32,000 nucleotides of DNA from Brevundimonas sp. G8. GTDB lineage: Bacteria > Pseudomonadota > Alphaproteobacteria > Caulobacterales > Caulobacteraceae. The translations under genes were made by a program, and so were the position numbers. Under the pieces are notes generated by a model, which was not told the DNA's origin, searched no databases, and saw only the letters and a list, made by a program, of their open reading frames with translations. The stretch covers positions 1,283,968 to 1,315,967 of the forward strand of contig NZ_LR732816.1 in NCBI RefSeq assembly GCF_902506205.1, given 5' to 3'. This document shows positions 8,812-16,889 of the stretch, in pieces. The number at the start of each line of letters is the position of its first letter. Positions within the stretch are counted from its first letter, which is position 1.

Positions 8812-8848
8812 AGCAGCGTGCGACGCTGCTGGGGTCTTGCTGAGCAAG
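8812..8848 (-). terminator. Two short tandem hairpins just after the czcA stop (weak terminator candidate)
   Basis: CTTGC-tga-GCAAG lies at 8836-8848 and AGCAGCGT-gcg-ACGCTGCT at 8812-8830. On the minus strand they are followed by CUUAGCCUUC, which is only modestly U-rich. Confidence 0.3.
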
Positions 8849-8853
8849 GGTCG

Positions 8854-11800
8854 TCAATCCCCAATCTCGTCGTCCTTGCGGTGGCGGAGCGCCCGAGCCG
8901 CGAAGGTCGGGAGAACCAACAGGGTCAGGGCTGTCGCGGTCAAAAGCCCGCCGATGACCACGGTCGCCAAGGGCTTTTGCACCTCGGCACCCGCGCCGTG
9001 GGCCAAGGCCATTGGAACGAAGCCGACGATCGCGACCATGGCCGTGATCAGGACGGCGCGCAGTCGGCTGGACGCCCCTCCGATCGCTGCGTCGCGCGGC
9101 GTCTGACCCCGTTGCAGCCGCTCGCGAATGGCCTGCATCAGCACCAGACCGTTCAACGTCGCCACCCCGGACACAGCGATCAAGCCGACTGCAGCGGACA
9201 CCGAGAACGGCATCCCCCGTAACAGCAATGCCAAGACGCCACCTACCAGGGCCAAGGGCACGCAGGCGAAGACCAGACCGGCCTCCGCGAACGATCCCAA
9301 GGCCATGAACAGCAGCATCCCGATCAGGACGAAGACGATAGGGATCACCAAACCAAGCCGCTGTTCGGCGCGCTTCAGGTTCTCGAACTGCCCACCCCAC
9401 GTCAGGCGAACTCCTGGCGGAAGCTGAATCTGATCGACCTGCTTTTGCGCATCCGCGACGAAGCCGCCCAGATCGCGTCCCCGGACGTTGGCCTGGACCA
9501 CCATCCGGCGACTGCCGTCGTTGCGGCTGATCTGGTTAGGCCCTTCGGCGCTCTGGATACGGGCGACCGAGGACAGGGGGATCGTCACCCCGGTCGCGGT
9601 TACGATCGGCAGGGCCGCAAGCGCTGCGGGATCATTGCGAGCGCTGTCGGGAAGGCGAACGACCACGTCGAAGCGACGATCGCCCTCGAATATCCGCCCC
9701 GCTTCGGCGCCGCCGATGGCCGCCGAGACGGCCTCGGAGACGTCAGCTGCGGACAGGCCGTAGTTGGCCGCAGCGAACCGATCGACGCTGATGGTCAAGG
9801 TCGGCAGGCCGGACGCCTGTTCGACGCGGACGTCAGCAGCCCCGGTCGTCTGGCGCAGCGCCCCGGCGACCTCGTCCGCCACCCGCTGCATGGTGCCGAA
9901 GTCGTCGCCATAGACCATGACAGCAAGATCGGTCCGCACGCCCGAAATCAGTTCGTTGAACCGCAACTCGATCGGTTGGCTGAACTCGAAGTTGTTGCCG
10001 ATCTGCTTGGAGGCCTCGGCTTCGAAGCGGGCGATCAACTCTTCTTTCTTGAGCTTGGGATCGGGCCAGTCCTTGCGATCTTTCAGCACGACGACGCTGT
10101 CGGAGATGTTGGGCGGCATGGGGTCCACGGCGGCCTCGGCCGTGCCGGTTCGCGAGAACATGGTCTCCACTTCCGGCTGGGCGGTGATCGCCCGCTCAAG
10201 CATCATCTGCATCGCCAGAGATTGCTCCAGCGAGGCGGAAGGCACGCGAAGCGCCTGCATGGCGACGTCGCCCTCGTCCAAGGTGGGAATGAACTCGCGC
10301 CCCAAGGTCGTGAACACCAAGCCGCCGACGACCAGTGCGCCGAGTGCCGAGATCAGAACGATCCTGGGACGATCCACAGCCGCGCGAATCGCCGGCTGGA
10401 TCCAGCGCCTGGCGAAACGAAGCACGAAAGTCTCATGCTCGTGGGCTTGGCCGTGCTCATCGACTTCGATCGTCTTCGGATCGCACACCAACAGAGCCGC
10501 CATCGCCGGCACGAAGGTGAACGAGAAGATGAAGGCGCCCACCAGGGCCAGCATCACCGTAGCCCCCATCGGCACGAAGGTCTTGCCTTCGACCCCTTCC
10601 AGCATCAGCAGGGGCGTGAATACCAGAAGGATGATCAGCTGACCGAACGCGGCTGGTTTGACCATCTGTCGCGCCGCCTGAACGGCGACGCCGAGCCGCT
10701 CGCGGCGGGTCAGCATCCGTCCGGCCTCGGCGCGCCGTTGGCTGAGCATGAGCAGGGTGTTCTCGACCACGACCACAGCGCCATCGACCATCAGGCCGAA
10801 ATCCAGGGCGCCCAGGCTCATCAGGTTCCCGCTAATCCCGAACCTGTTCATGCCGATGACGGCGAACAGGAAACTGATGGGGATCATGAGCGCCGTGATG
10901 CTCGCCGCCCGGATATTGCCGAGCAGCAGGAACAGCACGACGATGACCAGCAGCGCGCCCTCAATCAGGTTGCGGGCAACGGTCTGGATCGTGGAGTTGA
11001 CCAGGGCGCTGCGGTCCAAGACCCTGACCGCCTCGATCCCCGCAGGCAAGGTCTTGCGAACCTCTTCCAGCCGGTCGCCGGCAGCCTGGGCCACGGTTCG
11101 GCTGTTGCCGCCCGCGATCATCAGGGCCGTGCCGAGCACCACTTCATGGCCGTCACGGCTGGCCCCGCCGAGACGCGGCGCCTGACCGACCTCGACAGTG
11201 GCGACATCGGCGACACGCACGACCAGCCCGTTACGGTTGACGACGGGCGCTTGGGTCAGGTCCTCGATGGTCGAGGCCAGGGCGTCGGTACGCACGGTCA
11301 GGGCTTCTCCAGCGCGTCGAACATAGCCGGCGCCAGCCTGGACGTTCGCGCGGTCGAGCGCCTGGATCAGGTCGCTCATGCCAAGGCCATAGCTCGCGAG
11401 ACGAGCGGTATCCGGCCTTACAGCATATTCCTTCACATAGCCGCCGACCGTATCCACCCCGGCCAGGCCTGGGGCCGTGCGCATCTGCGGAACGACGATC
11501 CAGTCCTGCACGGTGCGCAGATAGGTCGCCCGTTTTTGAGGCGTGTCCAGCAGGTCGCCCTCGGGCGTCAGATACCCCCCGCCAGCCTGCCAGCCCGTTT
11601 GGGCTGGCTTGGCCAGATTGGTAGTATTGAAGGGCTTGTAGTCGATGGTCCACATCAACACTTCGCCCAGGCCGGTGGTGATGGGCGCAAGTGTCGGCTC
11701 CACGCCCTCCGGCATGGCCTCGCGCGCTCCGGCGAGACGTTCGGCCACCTGCTGACGCGCGAAGTAGATGTCCGTCTGATCGGTGAAGATCACAGTGACC

Positions 11801-12075
11801 TGGCTGAAGCCGTTGCGGCTGAGCGAGCGCGTGGTTGTCAGGCCGGGGATGCCGGCCATAGCGGTTTCGATCGGATAGGTGACCTGCCGTTCGATCTGCT
11901 CCGGCGCGAACGCCGGGGCGACAGTGGTCACCTGGACCTGGCGATTGGTGATGTCCGGCACGGCGTCGATGGGCAGCCGTGTCAGTTCGAGCAGTCCGTA
12001 GGCCGCGACGAGCGCCGTAGCCAGGACCACGAACCATCGGAATTTGACCGACAGTTCGATGATGAATTTGAACAT
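8854..12075 (-). CDS. czcA: CzcA/CusA-family heavy-metal efflux RND inner-membrane pump
   Basis: The 1073-aa product has the typical HME-RND N-terminus (MFKFIIELSVKFRWFVVLATALVAAYGL..LPIDAVPDITNRQVQV) and a 12-TM architecture. It is the third gene of a C-B-A operon. Confidence 0.93.
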   Translation of the reverse strand: MFKFIIELSVKFRWFVVLATALVAAYGLLELTRLPIDAVPDITNRQVQVTTVAPAFAPEQIERQVTYPIETAMAGIPGLTTTRSLSRNGFSQVTVIFTDQTDIYFARQQVAERLAGAREAMPEGVEPTLAPITTGLGEVLMWTIDYKPFNTTNLAKPAQTGWQAGGGYLTPEGDLLDTPQKRATYLRTVQDWIVVPQMRTAPGLAGVDTVGGYVKEYAVRPDTARLASYGLGMSDLIQALDRANVQAGAGYVRRAGEALTVRTDALASTIEDLTQAPVVNRNGLVVRVADVATVEVGQAPRLGGASRDGHEVVLGTALMIAGGNSRTVAQAAGDRLEEVRKTLPAGIEAVRVLDRSALVNSTIQTVARNLIEGALLVIVVLFLLLGNIRAASITALMIPISFLFAVIGMNRFGISGNLMSLGALDFGLMVDGAVVVVENTLLMLSQRRAEAGRMLTRRERLGVAVQAARQMVKPAAFGQLIILLVFTPLLMLEGVEGKTFVPMGATVMLALVGAFIFSFTFVPAMAALLVCDPKTIEVDEHGQAHEHETFVLRFARRWIQPAIRAAVDRPRIVLISALGALVVGGLVFTTLGREFIPTLDEGDVAMQALRVPSASLEQSLAMQMMLERAITAQPEVETMFSRTGTAEAAVDPMPPNISDSVVVLKDRKDWPDPKLKKEELIARFEAEASKQIGNNFEFSQPIELRFNELISGVRTDLAVMVYGDDFGTMQRVADEVAGALRQTTGAADVRVEQASGLPTLTISVDRFAAANYGLSAADVSEAVSAAIGGAEAGRIFEGDRRFDVVVRLPDSARNDPAALAALPIVTATGVTIPLSSVARIQSAEGPNQISRNDGSRRMVVQANVRGRDLGGFVADAQKQVDQIQLPPGVRLTWGGQFENLKRAEQRLGLVIPIVFVLIGMLLFMALGSFAEAGLVFACVPLALVGGVLALLLRGMPFSVSAAVGLIAVSGVATLNGLVLMQAIRERLQRGQTPRDAAIGGASSRLRAVLITAMVAIVGFVPMALAHGAGAEVQKPLATVVIGGLLTATALTLLVLPTFAARALRHRKDDEIGD

Positions 12076-12086
12076 GCGTCGCGCCC

Positions 12087-13268
12087 CTAGTGACCGTGCT
12101 CGGCCTCGCCCTTGGCGAGTTCGGCTTTGAGGAGGAAGGCGTTGGCGCCGGCAATATTTTCAGTTCCGGTCAGGCCGCGAAGGATTTCCGTCCGCCCACC
12201 GGCCTGACGACCGGCAAGCACAGGGCGCGCCTGAAAGCCGTTCGGGACCCGGACGAAGACGACAGCGGTTCCGTCGACGGTCTGCACCGCCTCGGTCGGC
12301 ACGGTGATGCCTCCTGTAGTGTCGCCCGTTACGATCACGCCGGTCACGGCCGATCCAGCCGGCGCAAGTCTTCCGCCCGTTGGGAGGGCGCGAATGACCG
12401 TGGCTCCGCTTCCCACGCCGGCGCCGGCGGCGATGCCGGTGACCACGGCGTCGAAGTCACCACTCGGGCTGCTGACCCGCAGGGCCGCTCCGGTACGGAC
12501 GGCGGCGGCCAGGGCCGGCGGCGCGTTGAACACCATCTCGACGCGCGCGGGGTTGGTGATATCAGCCACAACACCGCCCTGAGCCACGAAGCCGCCCGGG
12601 CCGACCTGCACGTTGGTGACCACGCCCGCGATGGGGCTGGTGACGTTCAGCCGTCCCGAAGCGTTTGGCGAGCCTGCAGCGCTGGCTCGCGCGGTCGCCG
12701 CACGGGCGGCGGCTTGTGCGCTCAGCGCCTGGGCGTGTGACACCTCGGCCTCGCGTCGCGCCACCACGCCCTGATCCGCCAGTTCCTCGTCTCGGCCATG
12801 CGCCTGTTCGGCCGCGACATAGGCGGCCTGGGCCGCATCCGCCTCAGCACGCAGGCTGGCGGCGTCGCCACTGACCAGAACCGCCAACGTCTGTCCGACC
12901 CTGACCGCTTGTCCTGGAGCCACAAGCACGCGTTCCACACGCCCGCTCACCGCCGCAGCGACGGCGGCTCTCGCGTCGACCATGGGCTCGACGCGGCCTG
13001 AAAGGCGTGTCTCGACGCCCCCGCCCCGGCCCAGACCGACGATGATGATGTTCGCCGCCTGAGCCTCGGCGGCGCTGAGTGCGACGAAGCCCTCCGGCGC
13101 CTCGACTTCGCCTTCGGCGTGACCGGCTTCCTCTGCCTGCGCCGCTGCGGCTACGGCCGGTTTTGGGTTCGCCCGCCCGAAGGCGAGATAGATGCTCGCC
13201 CCGCCAAGAAGGACGAGGGCGGCGACACCGCCGACCAATATTGTCTTGTTGGATGTGCGTGTGCGCAT
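12087..13268 (-). CDS. czcB: Efflux RND periplasmic adaptor (membrane fusion protein), CzcB-like
   Basis: It has an N-terminal TM anchor, a lipoyl/beta-barrel MFP pattern and an Ala-rich coiled-coil hairpin (ASLRAEADAAQAAYVAAEQ...). His-containing termini are present (AGHAEGE, AEHGH). ATG 13268-13266 overlaps the czcC TGA by 1 nt. An alternative GTG at 13271 would give a GTGA overlap. Confidence 0.88.
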   Translation of the reverse strand: MRTRTSNKTILVGGVAALVLLGGASIYLAFGRANPKPAVAAAAQAEEAGHAEGEVEAPEGFVALSAAEAQAANIIIVGLGRGGGVETRLSGRVEPMVDARAAVAAAVSGRVERVLVAPGQAVRVGQTLAVLVSGDAASLRAEADAAQAAYVAAEQAHGRDEELADQGVVARREAEVSHAQALSAQAAARAATARASAAGSPNASGRLNVTSPIAGVVTNVQVGPGGFVAQGGVVADITNPARVEMVFNAPPALAAAVRTGAALRVSSPSGDFDAVVTGIAAGAGVGSGATVIRALPTGGRLAPAGSAVTGVIVTGDTTGGITVPTEAVQTVDGTAVVFVRVPNGFQARPVLAGRQAGGRTEILRGLTGTENIAGANAFLLKAELAKGEAEHGH

Positions 13269-14521
13269 CACTGGGCTCCTTGAAAGGGGGCGCGGCCGTC
13301 CTGGCGCGCAAGTTCGATTTCGGCTCGAACCCGCGAGAGGCGGGCGTCGACGGCGGAGGTTCTGGCGGAGATCAGCGCAGTTCGGTTGGCACGCAGCTCG
13401 ATTTGCGAAATGCGTCCCGCCTCGAAGCCGATCCGCGAAAGTCGGTAGGCCTCCTCGGCGGAGGTTACGCCGGAGTCGGCCGCAGACACGCGACTGACCG
13501 AGGCCGATAGGCGCGCGCGGGCCGCGGCCCTCTCGGCCTGGGCGTCCTGACGCGCACTCATCAATCGCGCGTCTGCGGCCCTGAAGTCGGCCTGCGCCGC
13601 TTCGATATTGCCGCGGTTCTGATCGAACAGCGGCAAAGGCATGCTGATGCCGAAGGTGAGGGCTGTCGCGTCTTCCATCTCGTATCGCCGGACGCCGACA
13701 CTGGCGTTGATGTCCGGTCGGGTGCGGATTCGCTCGACGGCGATCCGTTGCTCTGCAGCATTGCGTTGAGCGGAGGCGACCCGCACGGTCGGCGCCTCCA
13801 GCGGATCGACGACAGCGCCCGCCGGAAGCCGATTGAGCAGGCTCGCTTCAATCGTCGTGACCGGCTCAGCCAGCAGGGCGACTGCGGTCAAGCGTGCGAA
13901 AGCGGCATCTCGCTCGGCGACGGCTTCATCCCGACGAGCGCGCGCCGCAGCCGCCTCGCTCTCACCCTGAATGCCTCTTAGAAGGGGTTCACGGCCCTCT
14001 TCAACGAGGGAAAGCGCCGCGCGCGCATCGGCGACGGTAAGCGCGAGGTTCTCCTCGGCCAGTACGGCCTGACGTTGTGCGGCCTCCGCCTCGGCGTAGG
14101 TCAGCGCCAGACGTCCGGCCGCATCTATGACCGCAAGGTCGCGTTGGAGCGCGGCGGTCCCGGCCTCGGCGCGGGCGACATTGATCCGCGCCGTGCGGCG
14201 ACCCCAAAGCTCGACATCCTGACTGATTGAAAGCGTCGTTTCGGCATTGGCGTACCTCGAGAAGGGGCCCGTTCCAAACGCGTTCTCGGCTTGCAGCCCC
14301 AGGGTTGGATTGGGCCGTACACGGGCTTGGCGAGCGCGCGCCTCGGCGGCGTCAAACAGGGCGTCGGCCTCGATTGTCGCAGGGGTTTGATCGAGGCGGG
14401 ACAAAAGCTCGGCGAACGACGGCGCGGGTTCAGCCCATGACGGACTGGTGAGCGCGACCGCAAGGGCGGCCAGCGCACAGCCGACCGCGCGATGCGGCGG
14501 ACGGCGATAGAGGGGATGCAT
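13268..14521 (-). CDS. czcC: TolC-family outer-membrane efflux protein, CzcC-like
   Basis: The 417-aa product has a signal peptide and two Ala/Arg/Glu-rich coiled-coil repeats typical of the OMF family. It is the first gene of the C-B-A operon. Confidence 0.88.
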   Translation of the reverse strand: MHPLYRRPPHRAVGCALAALAVALTSPSWAEPAPSFAELLSRLDQTPATIEADALFDAAEARARQARVRPNPTLGLQAENAFGTGPFSRYANAETTLSISQDVELWGRRTARINVARAEAGTAALQRDLAVIDAAGRLALTYAEAEAAQRQAVLAEENLALTVADARAALSLVEEGREPLLRGIQGESEAAAARARRDEAVAERDAAFARLTAVALLAEPVTTIEASLLNRLPAGAVVDPLEAPTVRVASAQRNAAEQRIAVERIRTRPDINASVGVRRYEMEDATALTFGISMPLPLFDQNRGNIEAAQADFRAADARLMSARQDAQAERAAARARLSASVSRVSAADSGVTSAEEAYRLSRIGFEAGRISQIELRANRTALISARTSAVDARLSRVRAEIELARQDGRAPFQGAQ

Positions 14522-14575
14522 GGTTCATTCTTCCCAGATGATCTGACACGAGACGCGCGCAGGCGCGGGATCGGG

Positions 14576-14917
14576 TCAGCCTCTGGGAGGGCGCTTCAGA
14601 CCTTCGGGCGCATGGGCGGTGCGCATGTCGTCGAACGCCCGCGCATGTTCGACGGACCGCAAGGACGCCACGCGCGCCTCGGGCCGATCCGACGGCGCCT
14701 TGGCCCCGTGATGGCAGTGACCGTGCGCACAGGCGCCGTGAGCCACGTCCGACGGCGACGAATGGTCTGCCGGGTCGTCGAAAGTCGCCGAAGAGTGGGC
14801 CGGTTCGATCTCGCCGGCGCAGGTCAGGGCGTCGGCGACGGGCGACAATGCGAACACGCCAAGGAACAGCGCAAAAAGCGCCGCGAGCCACGGAGAATGT
14901 CGGCGACGCCGGTCCAT
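14576..14917 (-). CDS. Small secreted His/Cys-rich protein, putative periplasmic metal-binding protein (in the position czcI holds)
   Basis: I trimmed track ORF 14576..15214 to ATG 14917-14915. An AAGG SD lies 6 nt upstream; an alternative ATG is at 14932. The product begins MDRRRRHSPWLAALFALFLGVFALSPVADA (signal peptide). The mature part contains HGACAHGHCHHG. Nearly all codons end in G/C. The gene lies 54 nt upstream of czcC on the same strand. Confidence 0.6.
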   Translation of the reverse strand: MDRRRRHSPWLAALFALFLGVFALSPVADALTCAGEIEPAHSSATFDDPADHSSPSDVAHGACAHGHCHHGAKAPSDRPEARVASLRSVEHARAFDDMRTAHAPEGLKRPPRG

Positions 14918-15002
14918 GCCCTGCCTTATCATCCCGGCCGGCGAACGCAACGTTACGCCATAACCGGCGCCCCCGGCGTCGCCCTGGAAGGCGGCTGACT
15001 GA

Positions 15003-15746
15003 ATGTGCGTTCTGGCCCTCGCGTGGCAAGCCCACCCCCGGTGGCGTCTCGTCCTCGCCGCCAACCGGGACGAAAGGCATGACCGCGCCTCCGCCCCTCT
15101 GGCGCGCTGGACCGACGCCCCGACAGTCCTGGGCGGACGCGATCTGGTATCGGGCGGAACCTGGCTGGGCGTGTCGGACGAGGGGCGGCTGGCCGTGGTC
15201 ACCAACCTGCACACCGGCGCGCCGCCCGATCCCCAAGCACCCTCACGCGGTCAGTTGCTGAAGGATCTGCTGACGGGGACCGACCCGGCGCTCGCCCTGT
15301 CTTCTGATGCCCTGGCGACCTTCAATCCGTTCAGCCTGATCTTCATCACGGGCGGCGAAGCGACCTTCGCCAGCAATCGGCCCGAGGCGATCGCCCATCC
15401 GCTGACGCCCGGCGTCCATGGCCTATCGAACGCCGCGCTGAACGCACCCTGGCCCAAGACAGAGCGCCTGAAGGCGGCCGTCTCGGACTGGCTGACGCGC
15501 GACAGCGACGAACCCGAAACCCTGCTGCACGCCCTCGCCGACGACCGGACGGCCGGCGATGCGCGCGTGCCCGCCCTGTCCTCGATCTTCATCCGCAACC
15601 CGGTCTTCGGAACACGCTGCAGCACCGTGGTGACGATCAACGATGCCGGCCAGGGAGCCATCTTTGAGCGACGCTTCCGCGCGGATGGAACGTGCGACGG
15701 GCAGACGACGGCTCGGTTTACCTGGCCGGCGTCTGACGTGCTCTGA
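15003..15746 (+). CDS. NRDE-family protein (TANGO2-like, N-terminal Cys)
   Basis: The 247-aa product starts MCVLALAW and contains the family-defining LAANRDER motif. Confidence 0.82.
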   Translation: MCVLALAWQAHPRWRLVLAANRDERHDRASAPLARWTDAPTVLGGRDLVSGGTWLGVSDEGRLAVVTNLHTGAPPDPQAPSRGQLLKDLLTGTDPALALSSDALATFNPFSLIFITGGEATFASNRPEAIAHPLTPGVHGLSNAALNAPWPKTERLKAAVSDWLTRDSDEPETLLHALADDRTAGDARVPALSSIFIRNPVFGTRCSTVVTINDAGQGAIFERRFRADGTCDGQTTARFTWPASDVL

Positions 15747-15754
15747 CGAACGCC

Positions 15755-16879
15755 CTAGTCCCGCTCCTCATCCAGCGGCTGGTGGGTGAAGCCTTTGACG
15801 CCGCTCATGGGCTTGGCGTCGCGGCTGATTTCAACGTCGCTTTCGGCATAGACGATCAGCAGGCGCGTCAGGTCTTCCAGCGCGCTTTCGTGGATGCGTT
15901 CATAGCCGTGGCTGGCGTCGATGCCGAAGGTGACCAGGGCCGTGCGGATGTCGGCGCCCGCCTCAAGCGCCGAGGCCGAGTCCGAGCGGTAGTAGCGGAA
16001 CACGTCCTTTTGGTGCGGGATGTCGTGGTCGCGGGCCAGTTGGACCAGCTTGCGCGACAAGTGCCAGTCGAACGGACCCGTCTGGTCCGCCATGGCGATG
16101 GTGACGCCGAACTCGGATGAGTTCTGGCCCGGCGCTGTGGTGCCGTTGTCCACCGTGACCATGGCGGCCACGTCCGGGATCAGCACGGAAGAGGCGCCCA
16201 GCCCGACCTCCTCGGCGATGGTGAACAGCCACCAGGTGTCGACCGTCGGCGTGCGTTTCTCGCGGATCATGCACTCCAGCGCGGCCAGCAGGGTGGCGAC
16301 GCCGGCCTTGTCGTCCAGATGGCGCGAGACGATGAAGCCGGTGTCGATGAACTCGGGCTGGGGGTCGATGGCGACGATGTCGCCGACGTCCACGCCCAGG
16401 GCCAGGGTGTCGTCACGACCGTGGGTCACGGCGTCGATGCGCAGTTCGACCTGACGCCAGTTCACGGGCTGGGTGTCCACCTCCTCATTGAAGGTGTGGC
16501 CCGACGCTTTCAGCGGCAGGATGGTCCCGCGATAGGCGCCGCCTTCGGAAAAGATCGTCGCCCGCGCGCCCTCGGCGAAGCGCGAGGACCAGTGACCGAT
16601 GGCGACCAGTTCCAGCCGGCCGTTGTCCTTCACCTGTTTGACCTGGGCGCCCAGCGTATCGACGTGGGCGACGATGGCGCGCGCCGGTTTTGGGGCACGG
16701 CCCGGAAGGCGCGCACGGATGGCGCCGCGTCGGGTCATTTCATAGTCGAGGCCCAGCCGATCCAGCTCGCGACACAGCAGCCAGACCGCCTCATCGGTAT
16801 AGCCGGTCGGGCTGGGCGTGTTCAGCAGGTCGGCCAGGCGGGCCTTCAGGTAGTCGAGGTCTATCGCGGGGCGGGCCAA
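15755..16879 (-). CDS. M42-family peptidase of the NAGGN osmoprotectant system
   Basis: The 374-aa M42 glutamyl-aminopeptidase-like sequence is the third gene after asnO-ngg. The TTG start at 16879 is preceded by a perfect AGGAGG that directly follows the ngg TGA, with a 4-nt spacer. Confidence 0.88.
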   Translation of the reverse strand: MARPAIDLDYLKARLADLLNTPSPTGYTDEAVWLLCRELDRLGLDYEMTRRGAIRARLPGRAPKPARAIVAHVDTLGAQVKQVKDNGRLELVAIGHWSSRFAEGARATIFSEGGAYRGTILPLKASGHTFNEEVDTQPVNWRQVELRIDAVTHGRDDTLALGVDVGDIVAIDPQPEFIDTGFIVSRHLDDKAGVATLLAALECMIREKRTPTVDTWWLFTIAEEVGLGASSVLIPDVAAMVTVDNGTTAPGQNSSEFGVTIAMADQTGPFDWHLSRKLVQLARDHDIPHQKDVFRYYRSDSASALEAGADIRTALVTFGIDASHGYERIHESALEDLTRLLIVYAESDVEISRDAKPMSGVKGFTHQPLDEERD

Positions 16880-16889
16880 GGGGCCTCCT

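Noticed and set aside
14430-15236. Alternative ORFs across the czc/NRDE divergent region: the 268-aa minus-strand ORF and the 168-aa plus-strand ORF 14492..14998.
   Set aside because: They overlap the better-supported His/Cys-rich ORF frame, which has a signal peptide, an SD and high GC3. They also overlap czcC and NRDE. Their translations are Arg/Gly-rich.
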